Shown here piece by piece: positions 1 to 21,368 of a stretch of DNA of 64,000 bases (positions are counted from its first letter, which is position 1; each line of letters opens with the position of its first letter). The stretch comes from Eledone cirrhosa (Eukaryota). Below the pieces are notes generated by a model that did not search any database, was not told the origin of the DNA, and worked only from the letters and a program-made list of their open reading frames with translations. The translations under genes were made by a program, and so were the position numbers. The DNA lies in assembly GCA_964016885.1 (NCBI GenBank), contig OZ024751.1:52762001-52826000 (forward strand). Direction: 5' to 3'.

Positions 1-155
1 GAAATAAAGGAAGCGATAAAAGAATACAAAGAAGATCTTACGTCTCCCCTGGCAAGCAGGGGTTACCCATTGCAAAATCGGCAAGTGGGGTGTTATAGCC
101 CTAGTCTACCCCCCCCCCCCCCCCGGGTCATTATGGGGTTTGAGGGCGAGGTAAG
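1..155 (-). mobile_element. PLE family A fragment (ORF C-terminus and start of 3' UTR), running off the window edge
   Basis: Near-identical to 31206-31354 in the same orientation; joins an inverted family A segment at about 156. Confidence 0.85.
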
Positions 156-1124
156 TCTTAGTGGCACTTATGCCTTATTTTTTCGTTTCAGTATTTCTTT
201 CTTCGCTTTTCTTTTGGGCGGGGTGGATTCTGAATTTATTTTTCCGTATTCTACCTTTACTTCGTACGAACTTTCATGTAGCTTGTTTTAGATCTTTTAG
301 AGTTAGCATTAGTATATATTTTTCTCGGGACTCAGAATTATTATCTCGTACTAGTTCACTTTGCTGCACTGGGTGGTTGCTGGCATTGTGCCCGGGATGG
401 AAACCTTTATTGTTTATTTCGTGGTAGTCTCTTTAGTATTTTGGCCCCTTTTGTTGACCCGTCACCGTATCATTTACGTACTTATACCTCTTAAAAGGGT
501 CCTTGCCTATCCGTCCCACCTAGTTCTTTTACTTATTTCGTTATTTCTTTATTTCTTTCTTTACTTCTTTCTTTCTTTATTTATTTATTTATTCTAGCCT
601 AACAATAGCTAGAGACCTAGGTCGTAGAATTTAATTTACTTTACTTTTTTCTTTGCACCTATTTGCTTTTCTTCACTCTCAGTATTTTTTCTTTCCTATA
701 TATTTCTACCCCCCATTGTTCTACCTACCGTTCCGACTTCCTCCCCCTCCCCCTCCCCTGTATCTTCTTTGACCTCATGTCCAGCTGTAGCTGGAACTAC
801 CAACGCTTGATTGGGTCTACTCCACCCCCTCCCCTCTTTCTCCTACTGGCAGGTTTAGCCACCATCTCCCCTACTAATTTGCAACCACAGAATTACTACT
901 GATTTTTGACAATCACTTTGACCATATATGGAATTTACCCCTTGAGAAGATCGGCTATTTAAATACCAGGATAAATTTTCATTTTAGTCCAGAATTAGCC
1001 GTCGAAACGGCTGAGCTCAGCTGTCGGGGTCTTACTGGTCCCTATTACGCACTCTACTACCTCAAGTATTGAGTACTTTTGGTGCGTTATGGTCCACCTG
1101 GTTCCTTACCACATTTCCTTCGTT
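156..1124 (+). mobile_element. PLE family A 3' UTR/pseudo-LTR, inverted relative to 1-155
   Basis: Reverse complement of 30014-30973; ends ACATTTCCTTCGTTA directly into (TA)n. Confidence 0.9.
937..1030 (+). ncRNA. Type-I hammerhead ribozyme, family A (U3-A8 core, extended stem II)
   Basis: acccc-TTGAGAA-gatcggcta...tagccgtc-GAAA-cggctgagctcagctgT-C-ggggt. Stem I acccc/ggggt, palindromic stem III, GUC site at 1023-1025. Confidence 0.8.
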
Positions 1125-2858
<1,734 letters not shown>

Positions 2859-3940
2859 TGTTGTTATACTTTGGGAGGGTCATGTTGCCAATAAGAAACA
2901 CACGCACCAGTTGCTTTCACTTCAATTTAATTTAATATATATTTATAAATTTACAAATTTATAAATTTCTGGTTGGTTGGTTGGTTCCACAACCAGATAG
3001 TTGTTTATATATATATAGTCATAGTTCTTTCGTCACACACTCTGTGACCTCTTCAGTGACTGGGGATTTCTTTCTTCGTTTCTGTGCCTTTCCTTTCTTC
3101 TATCCTACGCCATTTTGTTTGTGTGTGGGTTGCGTGCTCAGTTTGCGCATGCGCCACATCCGGGTGTCTGTGTGTGTTTGTGTTCATTTTTCTATTTATA
3201 TTTGTTTGTTTATTTATTTATTTATTGTTGGTTGGTTGTTTGTTCTATGTGTGTGTGTGTTTTCATTTTGTCTTGTGTGTGTTTTCATTTTGTGTGTGTT
3301 TTCAATTGTAAGTTGTTTGTTCTATGTGTGTGTGTGTTTTCATTTTGTCCTTAATTGTAAGTTGTGATGTTGCTGTTCCACTCATATTTTCTATTTAATT
3401 TTGGTTTTAATTCTTTTATGCTTACTGCCTCTGTAATTTGCCTAAACATTGCGTCTTTCTTGTGTGTGGATTCTATTTTTATTTCTATGCTCTCTAATTT
3501 ACCCCTGTGTTCTATCTTAGCATGTTGGTAGAGCACAGATGATTCTTTACTATCTTGGAGGTCTCGCCAGTGTTCATTTATTCGTTCCCCTATACTACGA
3601 GCCTGTCTCACCTATGTACACTATATTTTTGTTTCTACATTGTCCTTCAGTACATCTTATGCTATATACTACATTTCTAGTTTTACAGTTAATATGGGGG
3701 CTTATTTTACAGGTTATACATTTCTTATCTATACATGAGGGTCTTTGGAACGGTATGTCTTGCTAATAAGTGTTTTTACGGAGGTACCAGGTCTTTCTAC
3801 TATCTTAATATTGAGATTATGTTTCTTTAGGGCCCTTCTAAATTTGTAGGCTAGTTCGCCTCTAGGGGTTGTATTGATGAACATTACACTCTGGTATTTA
3901 TTGCTATCATACCATGAGTTTTATTCTATTGGCCAATAGA

Positions 3941-3942
<2 letters not shown>
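2859..3942 (-). mobile_element. 5'-truncated PLE family D: degraded GIY-YIG endonuclease region plus 3' UTR
   Basis: Minus strand reads, across a frameshift and a stop, ...CIDKKCITC..NCKTRNVVYSIRCTEGQC..IVYIGETG*SIGERINEH...RQITEAVSIKELKPKLNRKYEW (3351-3900). Flanked by (TA)n. Confidence 0.8.
3017..3061 (-). ncRNA. Minimal type-I hammerhead ribozyme, family D
   Basis: Minus strand: agtca-CTGAAGA-g-gtcaca gagtg tgtgac-GAAA-gaacT-A-tgact. One extra nucleotide precedes stem II. Confidence 0.7.
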
Positions 3943-5925
<1,983 letters not shown>

Positions 5926-5934
5926 GTATATATG

Positions 5935-5967
<33 letters not shown>

Positions 5968-5999
5968 GTATATATATATATATGTATATATGTATATAT

Positions 6000-6037
<38 letters not shown>

Positions 6038-6084
6038 ATATATGTATATATGTATATGTATATATGTATACATATGTATATATG

Positions 6085-6119
<35 letters not shown>

Positions 6120-6221
6120 GTATATATATATATATGTATATATATATATGTATATATGTATATATATATGTATATATATATATATACATATATATATACA
6201 TATATATTAATATATATATAC

Positions 6222-6348
<127 letters not shown>

Positions 6349-6371
6349 CATATACATATATATATATATGT

Positions 6372-6417
<46 letters not shown>

Positions 6418-6462
6418 TTATATATATACATATAATATATATATATACATATATATATATAC

Positions 6463-6593
<131 letters not shown>

Positions 6594-6622
6594 CATATAT
6601 ATATGTATATATATATATATAC

Positions 6623-6688
<66 letters not shown>

Positions 6689-6691
<3 letters not shown>

Positions 6692-6833
6692 AGAAAAACA
6701 ACAGACCCTCCATCTCAACTCACCTTTTGAAAAGCAGAAGAACTGCGAAACCGGTAAAGGAACCAAATAAATATATATATTTTTAAAAAAAAATAAGACT
6801 CCAGTTGCATTTTCGATTTCATCTCTTTTTCTT

Positions 6834-6835
<2 letters not shown>
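6689..6835 (+). mobile_element. Inverted 3'-terminal fragment of family C
   Basis: Reverse complement of 5121-5262. Confidence 0.85.
6723..6760 (+). ncRNA. Minimal hammerhead, family C (U3-A8 core)
   Basis: cctt-TTGAAAA-gcag aagaa ctgc-GAAA-ccggT-A-aagg. 4-bp stem I, 4-bp stem II, ACCGGT palindrome, GUA site at 6754-6756. Confidence 0.8.
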
Positions 6836-6886
<51 letters not shown>

Positions 6887-6925
6887 GTATATATATGTAT
6901 ATATATATATATTATATGTATATAT

Positions 6926-6999
<74 letters not shown>

Positions 7000-7092
7000 G
7001 CATATATATATATATATATGTATATATATATGTATATATATATGTATATATGTATATATATGTATATATATATGTATATGTATATATATATG

Positions 7093-7213
<121 letters not shown>

Positions 7214-7306
7214 GTATATATATGTATATATATATATATGTATATATATGTATATGTATATATATGTATATATATATATATGTATATGTATATATATATA
7301 TATGTA

Positions 7307-7349
<43 letters not shown>

Positions 7350-7350
7350 G

Positions 7351-7430
<80 letters not shown>

Positions 7431-7452
7431 AATATATGTATATATATATATG

Positions 7453-7484
<32 letters not shown>

Positions 7485-7526
7485 TGTCTATATATATATA
7501 TATGTATATATATGTATATATATATG

Positions 7527-7559
<33 letters not shown>

Positions 7560-7609
7560 GTATATATATATGTATATATATATGTATATGTATATATATA
7601 TGTATATAT

Positions 7610-8025
7610 AACTTTGAATAACTTTGAAATGTTTTGGCCAGTATTGGCCCAGGCCATGTCTAACTTAATAGCACCACCTGGCGAAGTCTTTCAATTCAGG
7701 ATTTGGGCACCATGGCCCATTCGAGAAGAGAATTACTGTTTGCGGAGACATATCCGGTGTGGTGGTTTGTCCGGGATTACTTGGAGGAATTTGTCCAAAG
7801 ACTTCTTGAATTTTGTGTGGTCAGTTTCTGTTTTGACGTGTCCTGGTGTGATGTTGACGAGAGCAGGGCCGATTGAGGTGAAATAATTGTGCCGTATTGT
7901 TGTTATGAGTTGCGATTTAGATTTTTGAATGGGACGGATAGCACGGGGCCCAAGCCTTGGGTGTGTCTTGAAGGCGATGCCAACATCATTTGGGCAGTGA
8001 TGATGGAACATTTTCCACATCATGC

Positions 8026-8091
<66 letters not shown>

Positions 8092-8092
8092 G

Positions 8093-8147
<55 letters not shown>

Positions 8148-8633
8148 GTATATATATATATATATGTATATATATATGTAAGGGCAAAGGAGCTCTTAAG
8201 AGTCAATGGCCATCCAAAATCACCGGGAGAGATGACCCCTTAGCCTTTGTCAAGGCAGAATTCTAGGAGAAGGAAAACTCTGATATAACACCTGCAACCC
8301 TGATGGTATCCAATGATGTTGACTTGTTCTTCTTTTTGGTAAATATCATCTTGGTTAAGAGAGTGGGACTGGCTTTGTGCAGTGCCCTTGCTCACTATAA
8401 AAGCTTCACGGCGCAGGCATTGCTTTATATCTGGAGATCTCTCTGCACTTGTCGTCACATGGTACCATGGGCCCAGCACTATGTGTCAATAATTGTCACA
8501 AGTGTAGTGTTTGTACCAGAGTTTTCAAGTCGCTGGCTGGACTAAAAAGTCACACTCGTTCAGCGCATCGGTAGGGGTTCTCCTACATGGATATAAAGTA
8601 GTGGCCGTACTCGAAAACGAGTTGGCAGCCACC
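7610..8633 (-). mobile_element. Degraded CR1/L2-group LINE ORF2 3' fragment, interrupted by (TA)n at 8026-8180
   Basis: Minus strand ...[12 protein letters not shown]...[17 protein letters not shown] resembles the C-terminus at 24450-25013 ([16 protein letters not shown]). Confidence 0.7.
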
Positions 8634-8638
8634 ATATG

Positions 8639-10799
<2,161 letters not shown>

Positions 10800-10890
10800 T
10801 TATATATATATAAATAAACATATATATATAAACATATATATATATAAATATATGTTTATATATATGTATATATATGTATATATATATATA

Positions 10891-12333
<1,443 letters not shown>

Positions 12334-12457
12334 TGTTTATATATATATATATATGTATGTTTATATATATATATATATGTGTTTATATATATATATATAT
12401 GTTTATATATATATATATATATGTATATATATGTATATATATATATATATATGTATA

Positions 12458-12508
<51 letters not shown>

Positions 12509-12533
12509 GTGTATATATATATATATATGTATA

Positions 12534-12596
<63 letters not shown>

Positions 12597-12597
12597 G

Positions 12598-12628
<31 letters not shown>

Positions 12629-12927
12629 GTATATGTATATATATGTATATATATATGTATATATATGTATATATGTATATATGTATATATATATATGTAT
12701 ATATGTATATATATGTATATATATATATGTATATATATGTATATATATATGTTTATATATGTATATATATATATGTATATATATGTATATATATATATGT
12801 ATATATATGTATATATATATATGTATATATATGTATATATATATATGTATATATATGTATATATATATGTATATATGTATATATATATGTATATATATGT
12901 ATATATATATATGTATATATATATATG

Positions 12928-12978
<51 letters not shown>

Positions 12979-13058
12979 GTATATAAATATATATATGTAT
13001 ATATACGTGGGAAAGTAAAAAATCGGAGAATAGACCGTTAAAACATGTTTATTTTAAA

Positions 13059-13103
13059 TATCACCTACGTACGTTTCGCCCAGTTGGGCTTCTCAAGGGC
13101 ATA
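13059..13103 (-). ncRNA. Minimal hammerhead, family B (U3-A8 core)
   Basis: Minus strand: tatgccc-TTGAGAA-gccc aact gggc-GAAA-cgtacgT-A-ggtgata. ACGTACGT palindrome; stem I weak. Confidence 0.72.
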
Positions 13104-13401
13104 AATAATCACAAGTTTTCCTTATATTGCTCGGAAAGAGTTTTTGGGGTTAAATCCACATCAAGGTTCATTGCTCGCAAAAATATCTTGTTTTGATTTT
13201 GCAGCAGGTCAAGGGAGGTAACTCTGGCCGGTGTTAGGGCAGTCTTTCCCGGACAATTTTTTTTTTTTTTTTTTTTTTTTTTGCCGCATCCGTTTGTCTG
13301 AGGCTGGGTCTGGTATGCAAAGATTGTTTTCTGGGTGTTATTTTGCAGCGCCTGCCCGCCGGGGTGTTAAGACTTGTTGCAGAGAGATCCAGTGTACTAT
13401 T

Positions 13402-15630
13402 TCACTCTTCATCCTTAACCCATCTGAAGAAGGATATTTTTAAGCGGTGTGTACAACTTATCGCTGTTTCAGCTCTGCTGTTGATGAGCTCGTGGGGTGC
13501 AGTTATGATGTGGTAGAGCTCCATGAGGCAAAGATCGCATTTCCTCTTGAAGTTGTACGGTGCGGCCCTGCCGACAATCTCCCAGTGCGTGGAGAAGCTG
13601 ATGTTTAAGTCCTTTAGTGATGTGATGTAGTCCGCGAGCGAAGTGGAGTGCCTTAGTTTCCTATTTGTGAAAGAGTGGAGATGTGTTAGAAACCTAATTT
13701 TGAACGGGCCGGAGGTGGCCCCTATATAATGTTTAACGCTATTGTGGCTAGTAATAGTGCATCTAAATATAACCCTATCAGTCAAGCAGTATCCTCTAAG
13801 GGGGCAGCGTCCTCTGTCGCGGCAGTTGCAATTTCTGTCGCGGTTCCGTCTATTTCCCACGGTAAGGCTATCATTGTTGCTGCCTACGTTGTTACCTACG
13901 CTACCGCAGCTGTCGTTAGCACAATTACAACCCACAGCACGCGGGATGGTGCGATTGTTATTCCGCACGTCATGTTCTGCATGTTCCCCAGTCATTTCGC
14001 GGTCATTCTGGTTGCGTCTGCGGATGCCGTTGCCAACACTATTGGATGCTGCCGTGGAGTTGTTAAGGCCGATATAGTTATTGTCAGGTGTAGGTGCGTC
14101 TGTGTCGAGGTGCTGTGTCTTAGTGATCTTACTGTGGTTCGTTGTTCCTATGATGTCTGCTAGGTTAGGAGTAGTAGAGAAGGATATTTTTATATTGTTC
14201 CTATTAAGAATTTTTCTATACCTATGGTTGGGCGGGAAGTTCTTCTCTAAGGCTTCGAAGAACATCCGGGGTATGTTGGAGGCCACACCCCGAGAGTAGG
14301 GGGGGTGGAGCCATAGGACGTTACGGTGGCGATTACGTGTCCTTGTACTTTTGCTACGGGTGGTTCCATCTAAGTGACCGCTCTTATGTGTGTTAATGCG
14401 CAGTCGCCCGTTCGGTGCCCCTTTCACTTTATGCTCGGGTGCACTCTTTCTACCTCTTCCATGTTTATGTACACGAAGATGTTGGTTGGAAGGCGTTGGT
14501 AGTAGGCCGTCGCCTTTGTTGGTTTTGTAATAGGGGAATAGTTTGAGTAATCTACAGTGTTCACCGTCGCCGGGGACGTGATCTTTGGTGCGGTTATCTA
14601 TTCTATTATATCCGACTTCAACGAGGTCGCCGCGTGATCGGTTATAGGTATGGCTTACTATAACGTTAGTTTTATGAGGGGGATGGTTTCTAGAGCTAGC
14701 GTTAGGGATGTAGGAAATTCCTCGGTTAAAGCCGGCGCTTATCAGGGCCCTATTGTAGTAATCAGCCGCTTGGTTGAAGATATCCTCATTGGCGGATAGC
14801 CTCGAGATTCTATGTGAGATACTATAGACTATGGAGTTGAGAGTCTGCTTAGGGTGGTTGGAGGCATAATTAATATAATAGAGGCACTCTCCAGGCTTAT
14901 GGTATGGCTTGTATAAGCCCGTACTCAACTCCAGGGTCACGTCCAGGAAGTTGACAACCCTGTGGTTGAGGTCCATAGTTACGGATAGGCCGTATGACTT
15001 AAAGAACCTGTGTATATATTTGTTAAGGTTCTCTATCCTACGGGGGCTATGGTTCCTAACGGTAAACAGGGCGTCGTCCCTATATACACCGCCTTGTAGG
15101 GCCGGTATTTCTTCCTTAAGCTTATGTAGGAGGTATATCCCGACCAGGTCAGTTGCTTGCGCTGAGTCACTGGACCCCATCGTGACATCGAAGTTATCAG
15201 GACGGTTGGTTCTGGTCCAGTGGGAGCCTTCGAACTGGATAATGGTTCTACGTGCCACTAGAATTATGTCTATTTCTCTTTTAGTGAGGCTAGTGTTAGA
15301 TCTAGCTAAGATAAGTGCCTTATTTAAGAGTATGGGGGAGATAGAGGCGTAGTAGCTATCTATATCAAACTGGATGAATTTCAGGGTGGTTTTATCCGGC
15401 AACTCGGTGAACCAATTTATGACCTGGTCGGTGTTGCCCCAGAGGCAGACCTTAGCCTTTCTATTAAGCTCGAGTAGTACTCTGTCGAGGATCACTTTAC
15501 TAATCTTACCTATATCTGATGTAGAGGGGCATATTAGTCTAATAGAGGAGCTTTCATTAAAGTCATATTTGTGATCCTTAAGAGAGAATTTAGGCGTCAG
15601 AGGGACGTACGGGTTAGTGTACTTTTCTAT
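13402..15630 (-). CDS. PLE RT-GIY-YIG polyprotein, N-terminally truncated, open frame
   Basis: FIQFDIDSYYASI, FDVTMGS, YRDD, NFLDVTL, SNHP, WLHPPYS, CNCRDRGRCPLRGYC, VIFRC..HYIGAT, CDLCLMEL, CTHR. The frame stays open upstream of the track start at 15495 (FSLKDHK..IRLICP..SDIGKISK). Confidence 0.9.
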   Translation of the reverse strand: MEKYTNPYVPLTPKFSLKDHKYDFNESSSIRLICPSTSDIGKISKVILDRVLLELNRKAKVCLWGNTDQVINWFTELPDKTTLKFIQFDIDSYYASISPILLNKALILARSNTSLTKREIDIILVARRTIIQFEGSHWTRTNRPDNFDVTMGSSDSAQATDLVGIYLLHKLKEEIPALQGGVYRDDALFTVRNHSPRRIENLNKYIHRFFKSYGLSVTMDLNHRVVNFLDVTLELSTGLYKPYHKPGECLYYINYASNHPKQTLNSIVYSISHRISRLSANEDIFNQAADYYNRALISAGFNRGISYIPNASSRNHPPHKTNVIVSHTYNRSRGDLVEVGYNRIDNRTKDHVPGDGEHCRLLKLFPYYKTNKGDGLLPTPSNQHLRVHKHGRGRKSAPEHKVKGAPNGRLRINTHKSGHLDGTTRSKSTRTRNRHRNVLWLHPPYSRGVASNIPRMFFEALEKNFPPNHRYRKILNRNNIKISFSTTPNLADIIGTTNHSKITKTQHLDTDAPTPDNNYIGLNNSTAASNSVGNGIRRRNQNDREMTGEHAEHDVRNNNRTIPRAVGCNCANDSCGSVGNNVGSNNDSLTVGNRRNRDRNCNCRDRGRCPLRGYCLTDRVIFRCTITSHNSVKHYIGATSGPFKIRFLTHLHSFTNRKLRHSTSLADYITSLKDLNISFSTHWEIVGRAAPYNFKRKCDLCLMELYHIITAPHELINSRAETAISCTHRLKISFFRWVKDEE

Positions 15631-15633
15631 TTC

Positions 15634-15805
15634 TACTTTCCCACGTGCTTACGCTCTGCTAACTCTCTAGCCCACTAAATATTAACACTTCGAATATTTA
15701 ATACTGCCGGCACTAGTATCGAGCACCTTTGGCATACGCTACTTGGCAAATAACTATAAGTATCACCCATCCCCCCTTTTTTTCCCTTTCTCGATACGTA
15801 AATAC
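15634..15805 (+). mobile_element. Inverted family B segment (sequence continuing beyond the pLTR end)
   Basis: Starts ACTTTCCCACGTGCTTA, the family B terminus (compare 28114-28130), in the opposite orientation to the ORF. Confidence 0.6.
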
Positions 15806-15811
15806 TATATG

Positions 15812-15942
<131 letters not shown>

Positions 15943-16001
15943 GTATATATATATATGTATATATATATATAGATATATGTATATATATATATAGATATAT
16001 G

Positions 16002-16109
<108 letters not shown>

Positions 16110-16146
16110 GAAAGATTTGAATGGATACAGTTTAGTTGAAAGGAAT

Positions 16147-16267
16147 TTATTGACACGTGTTTCTATAACAGTTACATAACCTGAAAACAGCTGCTATCTA
16201 CAAAGTATTAGTTATGCAGACAATCAATATTTCAATGTTATTATTTACTGTCATTTCATCAGAATAA
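16147..16267 (-). ncRNA. Hammerhead, family E (canonical core, about 90-nt stem II domain)
   Basis: Minus strand: ttatt-CTGATGA-a-atgacagt...actgttat-a-GAAA-cacgtgT-C-aataa. ACACGTGT palindrome, GUC site. Confidence 0.72.
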
Positions 16268-16801
16268 TATTACTGAGGACCTGTTTGGTTTTTATAGAGA
16301 ATATTAGGAGAGAGGGGTGAATTGTTAGAAGAATAGTTAAGGGAGTGGTTTTTTGATAGCAGTGAGAATTTTTGGTGGCAGTGAGTAATTAGATTCCCAT
16401 CTGTTGTTTTGACATTTTTATAGAATATATTATTGGTTATTTTTCTAAATCTATAGAGGGATTAGAGATAGTAAAGATATGCGTGGTTGGTTTTGTGTTT
16501 GCAATTAATTAACATTCAGACTTAAATTTTTTCTTTCCAGTGTACGTATCCTTTCACCCACGCATTCTCACACAAACATATTTGCACCCCTCTACAAAAT
16601 ACATATACTCACATTCACATAGTAACATGTTCATACTTACATACATATACACATGCATACATATATATATACACACATGTATTCATGTACATACATACGC
16701 GTTCATGTGTGTACATTTTCATACTCAACTTATCTTTATATACACACGTATAGACACACACATATATACATACATACTCTAGTCTATGTGTATATATATA
16801 C

Positions 16802-16870
<69 letters not shown>

Positions 16871-17146
16871 CATTTTAATACATGAATACACTTACATCTA
16901 ACTATACACATCAAACATATATATATATTTACTTATTTATATACATTTTCACATATATATACATACTTATGGTCGCTTTTAGACACATTCATTATCGCAT
17001 TTTTGCACGTATTCTCATCAGCATATCTTTCCATTATTAGTGTGGTAATTTGAGGTTATTAATATACATATATATGTTGAGAAGAAATTGTTTTTATATT
17101 TTTCTAACTAGATTGAGGTTTATATAGTTGGGGGGATGTCCCTCTT

Positions 17147-18226
17147 TTATGTAATATTCGGCTTGTAGTGGGAAAAAAGGGTTTTAGTTCGGTGACTGCA
17201 AAATAATGTTCGTTCAATTCTGTTATTCAGCAATTTCTTCTTGTGTGTGATTATGTAATAAATCTCAAGATTACACAATTTGCAGAAATTTTGGCTCCTG
17301 GAAAAGCTTTGGGCTTTAGCTAATTTCTCCCATTTTGGGGTAAACTTTTGATCGCTATCCCTGAGCGTCCAAGCTTTTTCTGCTAAAGTTGTTACATTTC
17401 TTTGGCTCTGGTGTTTTATTGAGTAAGAATGCCTATATAATCGAGATTTAAACGATGTTGCCGTTGATCCCACGTAATACCACTCGTTGCCTCTGGATTT
17501 AATGGTACACTTATAAATAATATTTTTTTCCAGGCAGTTATTGCCGAGGGGGCAGTTGTCAGGATAGGTGCAGTTATAGTTGTGTACGTTGGGTTTTCTC
17601 TGGAGTAGTATTGCGGACGAACTTAGGTGTGGTTTATTTATGTTCTGTAGTGTATTGTCTACTGTTTTTTTTGTGTTCTTTGTACTTAAGTTTTTAGTGT
17701 TTTCGTTTAACCTTCTAGTATTGATCTTTTTTATGTGTTGTTCAAGGTTTAACGCTGTAGAGTATGACAGTCTTATAGTGGTAGGGTTTAGGATTTTGTG
17801 GTATTTGTGTGATGTAGGAAAATGTCTCTTAATTATTTTAAAGAAGAGTACTGGTAAATTTGTACTAATGGAACTATTGTATTCGGGGTTATACCATAAG
17901 TACTCTTTGCATCGCTTTCTATTAGTTTTGTTGGTTGGTTTACTGGTGTGCATACTATGGTAGTAAGTGTGGTTTGGTGTTGTGTTATTATATCTACCTA
18001 TGTGGGATTTATTTTGGGTGTTTTGATTGTTCCCATCTATATACTCTATTTTGTTGAGGTGGCCTGCTTTACTAAGGGCGTTATCGTAGTATTCGGCGTG
18101 TTCCTTAAATACTTGTATGTTAGAAGATAGACCCGAGATTCTAAGGGAAATATTTTTAGGGATAGATTTAATTATAGAGATGGGGTGGTTAGACCCAACA
18201 TTTACGTATTTGAGATTTTCATTCAA
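17147..18226 (-). CDS. PLE RT thumb, linker and GIY-YIG endonuclease (partial)
   Basis: SNHP, WYNPEYN, CTYPDNCPLGNNC, IIYKC..YYVGST, CKLCNLE, CSHR; collinear with family A. Confidence 0.88.
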   Translation of the reverse strand: MNENLKYVNVGSNHPISIIKSIPKNISLRISGLSSNIQVFKEHAEYYDNALSKAGHLNKIEYIDGNNQNTQNKSHIGRYNNTTPNHTYYHSMHTSKPTNKTNRKRCKEYLWYNPEYNSSISTNLPVLFFKIIKRHFPTSHKYHKILNPTTIRLSYSTALNLEQHIKKINTRRLNENTKNLSTKNTKKTVDNTLQNINKPHLSSSAILLQRKPNVHNYNCTYPDNCPLGNNCLEKNIIYKCTIKSRGNEWYYVGSTATSFKSRLYRHSYSIKHQSQRNVTTLAEKAWTLRDSDQKFTPKWEKLAKAQSFSRSQNFCKLCNLEIYYIITHKKKLLNNRIERTLFCSHRTKTLFSHYKPNIT

Positions 18227-18490
18227 TTTATGAAACGGTTTAATCAGACCAGAGTTTAAATTGAGTGTTTAAATAGAGATGGGGTGGGTAGACCCAACAT
18301 TTACGTATTTGAGATTTTCATTCAATTTATGAAACGGTTTAATCAGACCAGAGTTTAAATTGAGTGTGACCAGAAATATTTTTAGGGATAGATTTAATTA
18401 TAGAGATGGGGTGGTTAGACCCAACATTTACGTATTTGAGATTTTCATTCAATTTATGAAACAGTTTAATCAGACCAGAGTTTAAATTGA

Positions 18491-19999
<1,509 letters not shown>

Positions 20000-20836
20000 T
20001 AAAAAAAAAATTTTATTTCTAATTTTATGGATACATTTTTATAAGTATGTCGGGATTGACACTTTCCTTTAATTACTATACTCTCTTACCTCTTTTACTT
20101 CCGCATCTAAATGTAAGTGTGTGTGGGCGTGTTTATGTGAGCGCCTCAATATCCATATATTTATAATAATAATATATATATGTATGTGTGTATATATATG
20201 TATATATGTATATGTGTATATATATGTATATATATATATTCTGTCTGTAGATTATAGACATACAGATACATTAGCCCTAAATTTTTATATTTACGTACAC
20301 TTTTTCAACATACGTATACATATGAGCATACACTTTTATGCACATCGGTGAACGTATTTACATACATATATACACACACCTGACTGTATTTTCTTGATAA
20401 ATTTTTATGTATCTCAATCCTTATTTCATTGGTCTATTTAAAATCTGTTCCCAAACAGACCTGTTATTTTGAATTGTTGTTATTATCAATAAACAAGCAT
20501 CATTATTTCTGAAGACAGCATGTATATGTGAAGGTATGTATATTCTTTCTGATAGTTTGTATAATTTTGTACATAGATCTTTTGAATATGCATACCAATT
20601 CTAACACATATATGTCCTAGAAACGATCGTAAAATAATGAACTTTTTTTGTTTAATATAAGGAACTGTTTCTTTGTTTATTCATTATTTTTTTAATAATT
20701 TATCTTGACTCTGTATTCCGTTTATCTTTCACCGAAAGTGATTTTTGAATGCATCTCTTCTTTTCATGATATCTGGATTACATTGAGTTCTTCATACGGA
20801 TTGGACACACCGTAAACTTTTGGTAGATTTATCTAC

Positions 20837-20838
<2 letters not shown>
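20000..20838 (+). mobile_element. Non-coding hammerhead-bearing insert, family F (probable PLE 3' UTR)
   Basis: T-rich unique block between (TA)n arrays, with a hammerhead about 200 nt from its 3' end. Confidence 0.55.
20500..20640 (+). ncRNA. Hammerhead, family F (canonical core, about 100-nt stem II domain)
   Basis: tcattattt-CTGAAGA-cagcatgtatatgtg..ggtatgtatattc...gaatatgcatacc..cacatatatgtccta-GAAA-cgatcgT-A-aaataatga. Perfect 9-bp stem I, ACGATCGT palindrome. Confidence 0.75.
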
Positions 20839-20906
<68 letters not shown>

Positions 20907-20957
20907 GTATATATATATATGTATATATATGTATATATATATATATGTATATATATG

Positions 20958-20996
<39 letters not shown>

Positions 20997-21005
20997 GTAT
21001 ATATG

Positions 21006-21037
<32 letters not shown>

Positions 21038-21051
21038 TATATGTATATATG

Positions 21052-21118
<67 letters not shown>

Positions 21119-21159
21119 GTATATATGTATATATATATGTATATATATATGTATATATG

Positions 21160-21192
<33 letters not shown>

Positions 21193-21193
21193 G

Positions 21194-21230
<37 letters not shown>

Positions 21231-21327
21231 GTATATATATGTATATATATATAACGGAGGAAATGTGGTAAGGAACCAGGTGGACCATAACGCACCAAAG
21301 TACTCAAGTTCCTATATATATATATAT

Positions 21328-21363
<36 letters not shown>

Positions 21364-21368
<5 letters not shown>

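Larger units (their letters stand above)
13005..15633 (-). mobile_element. 5'-truncated PLE family B
   Basis: RT + GIY-YIG ORF; 3' UTR with hammerhead; ends CTTTCCCACG into (TA)n. Confidence 0.92.
16110..18492 (-). mobile_element. 5'-truncated PLE family E with long 3' UTR
   Basis: ORF at 17147-18226, hammerhead near the 3' end, and triplicated 5' junction; (TA)n on both sides. Confidence 0.88.
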
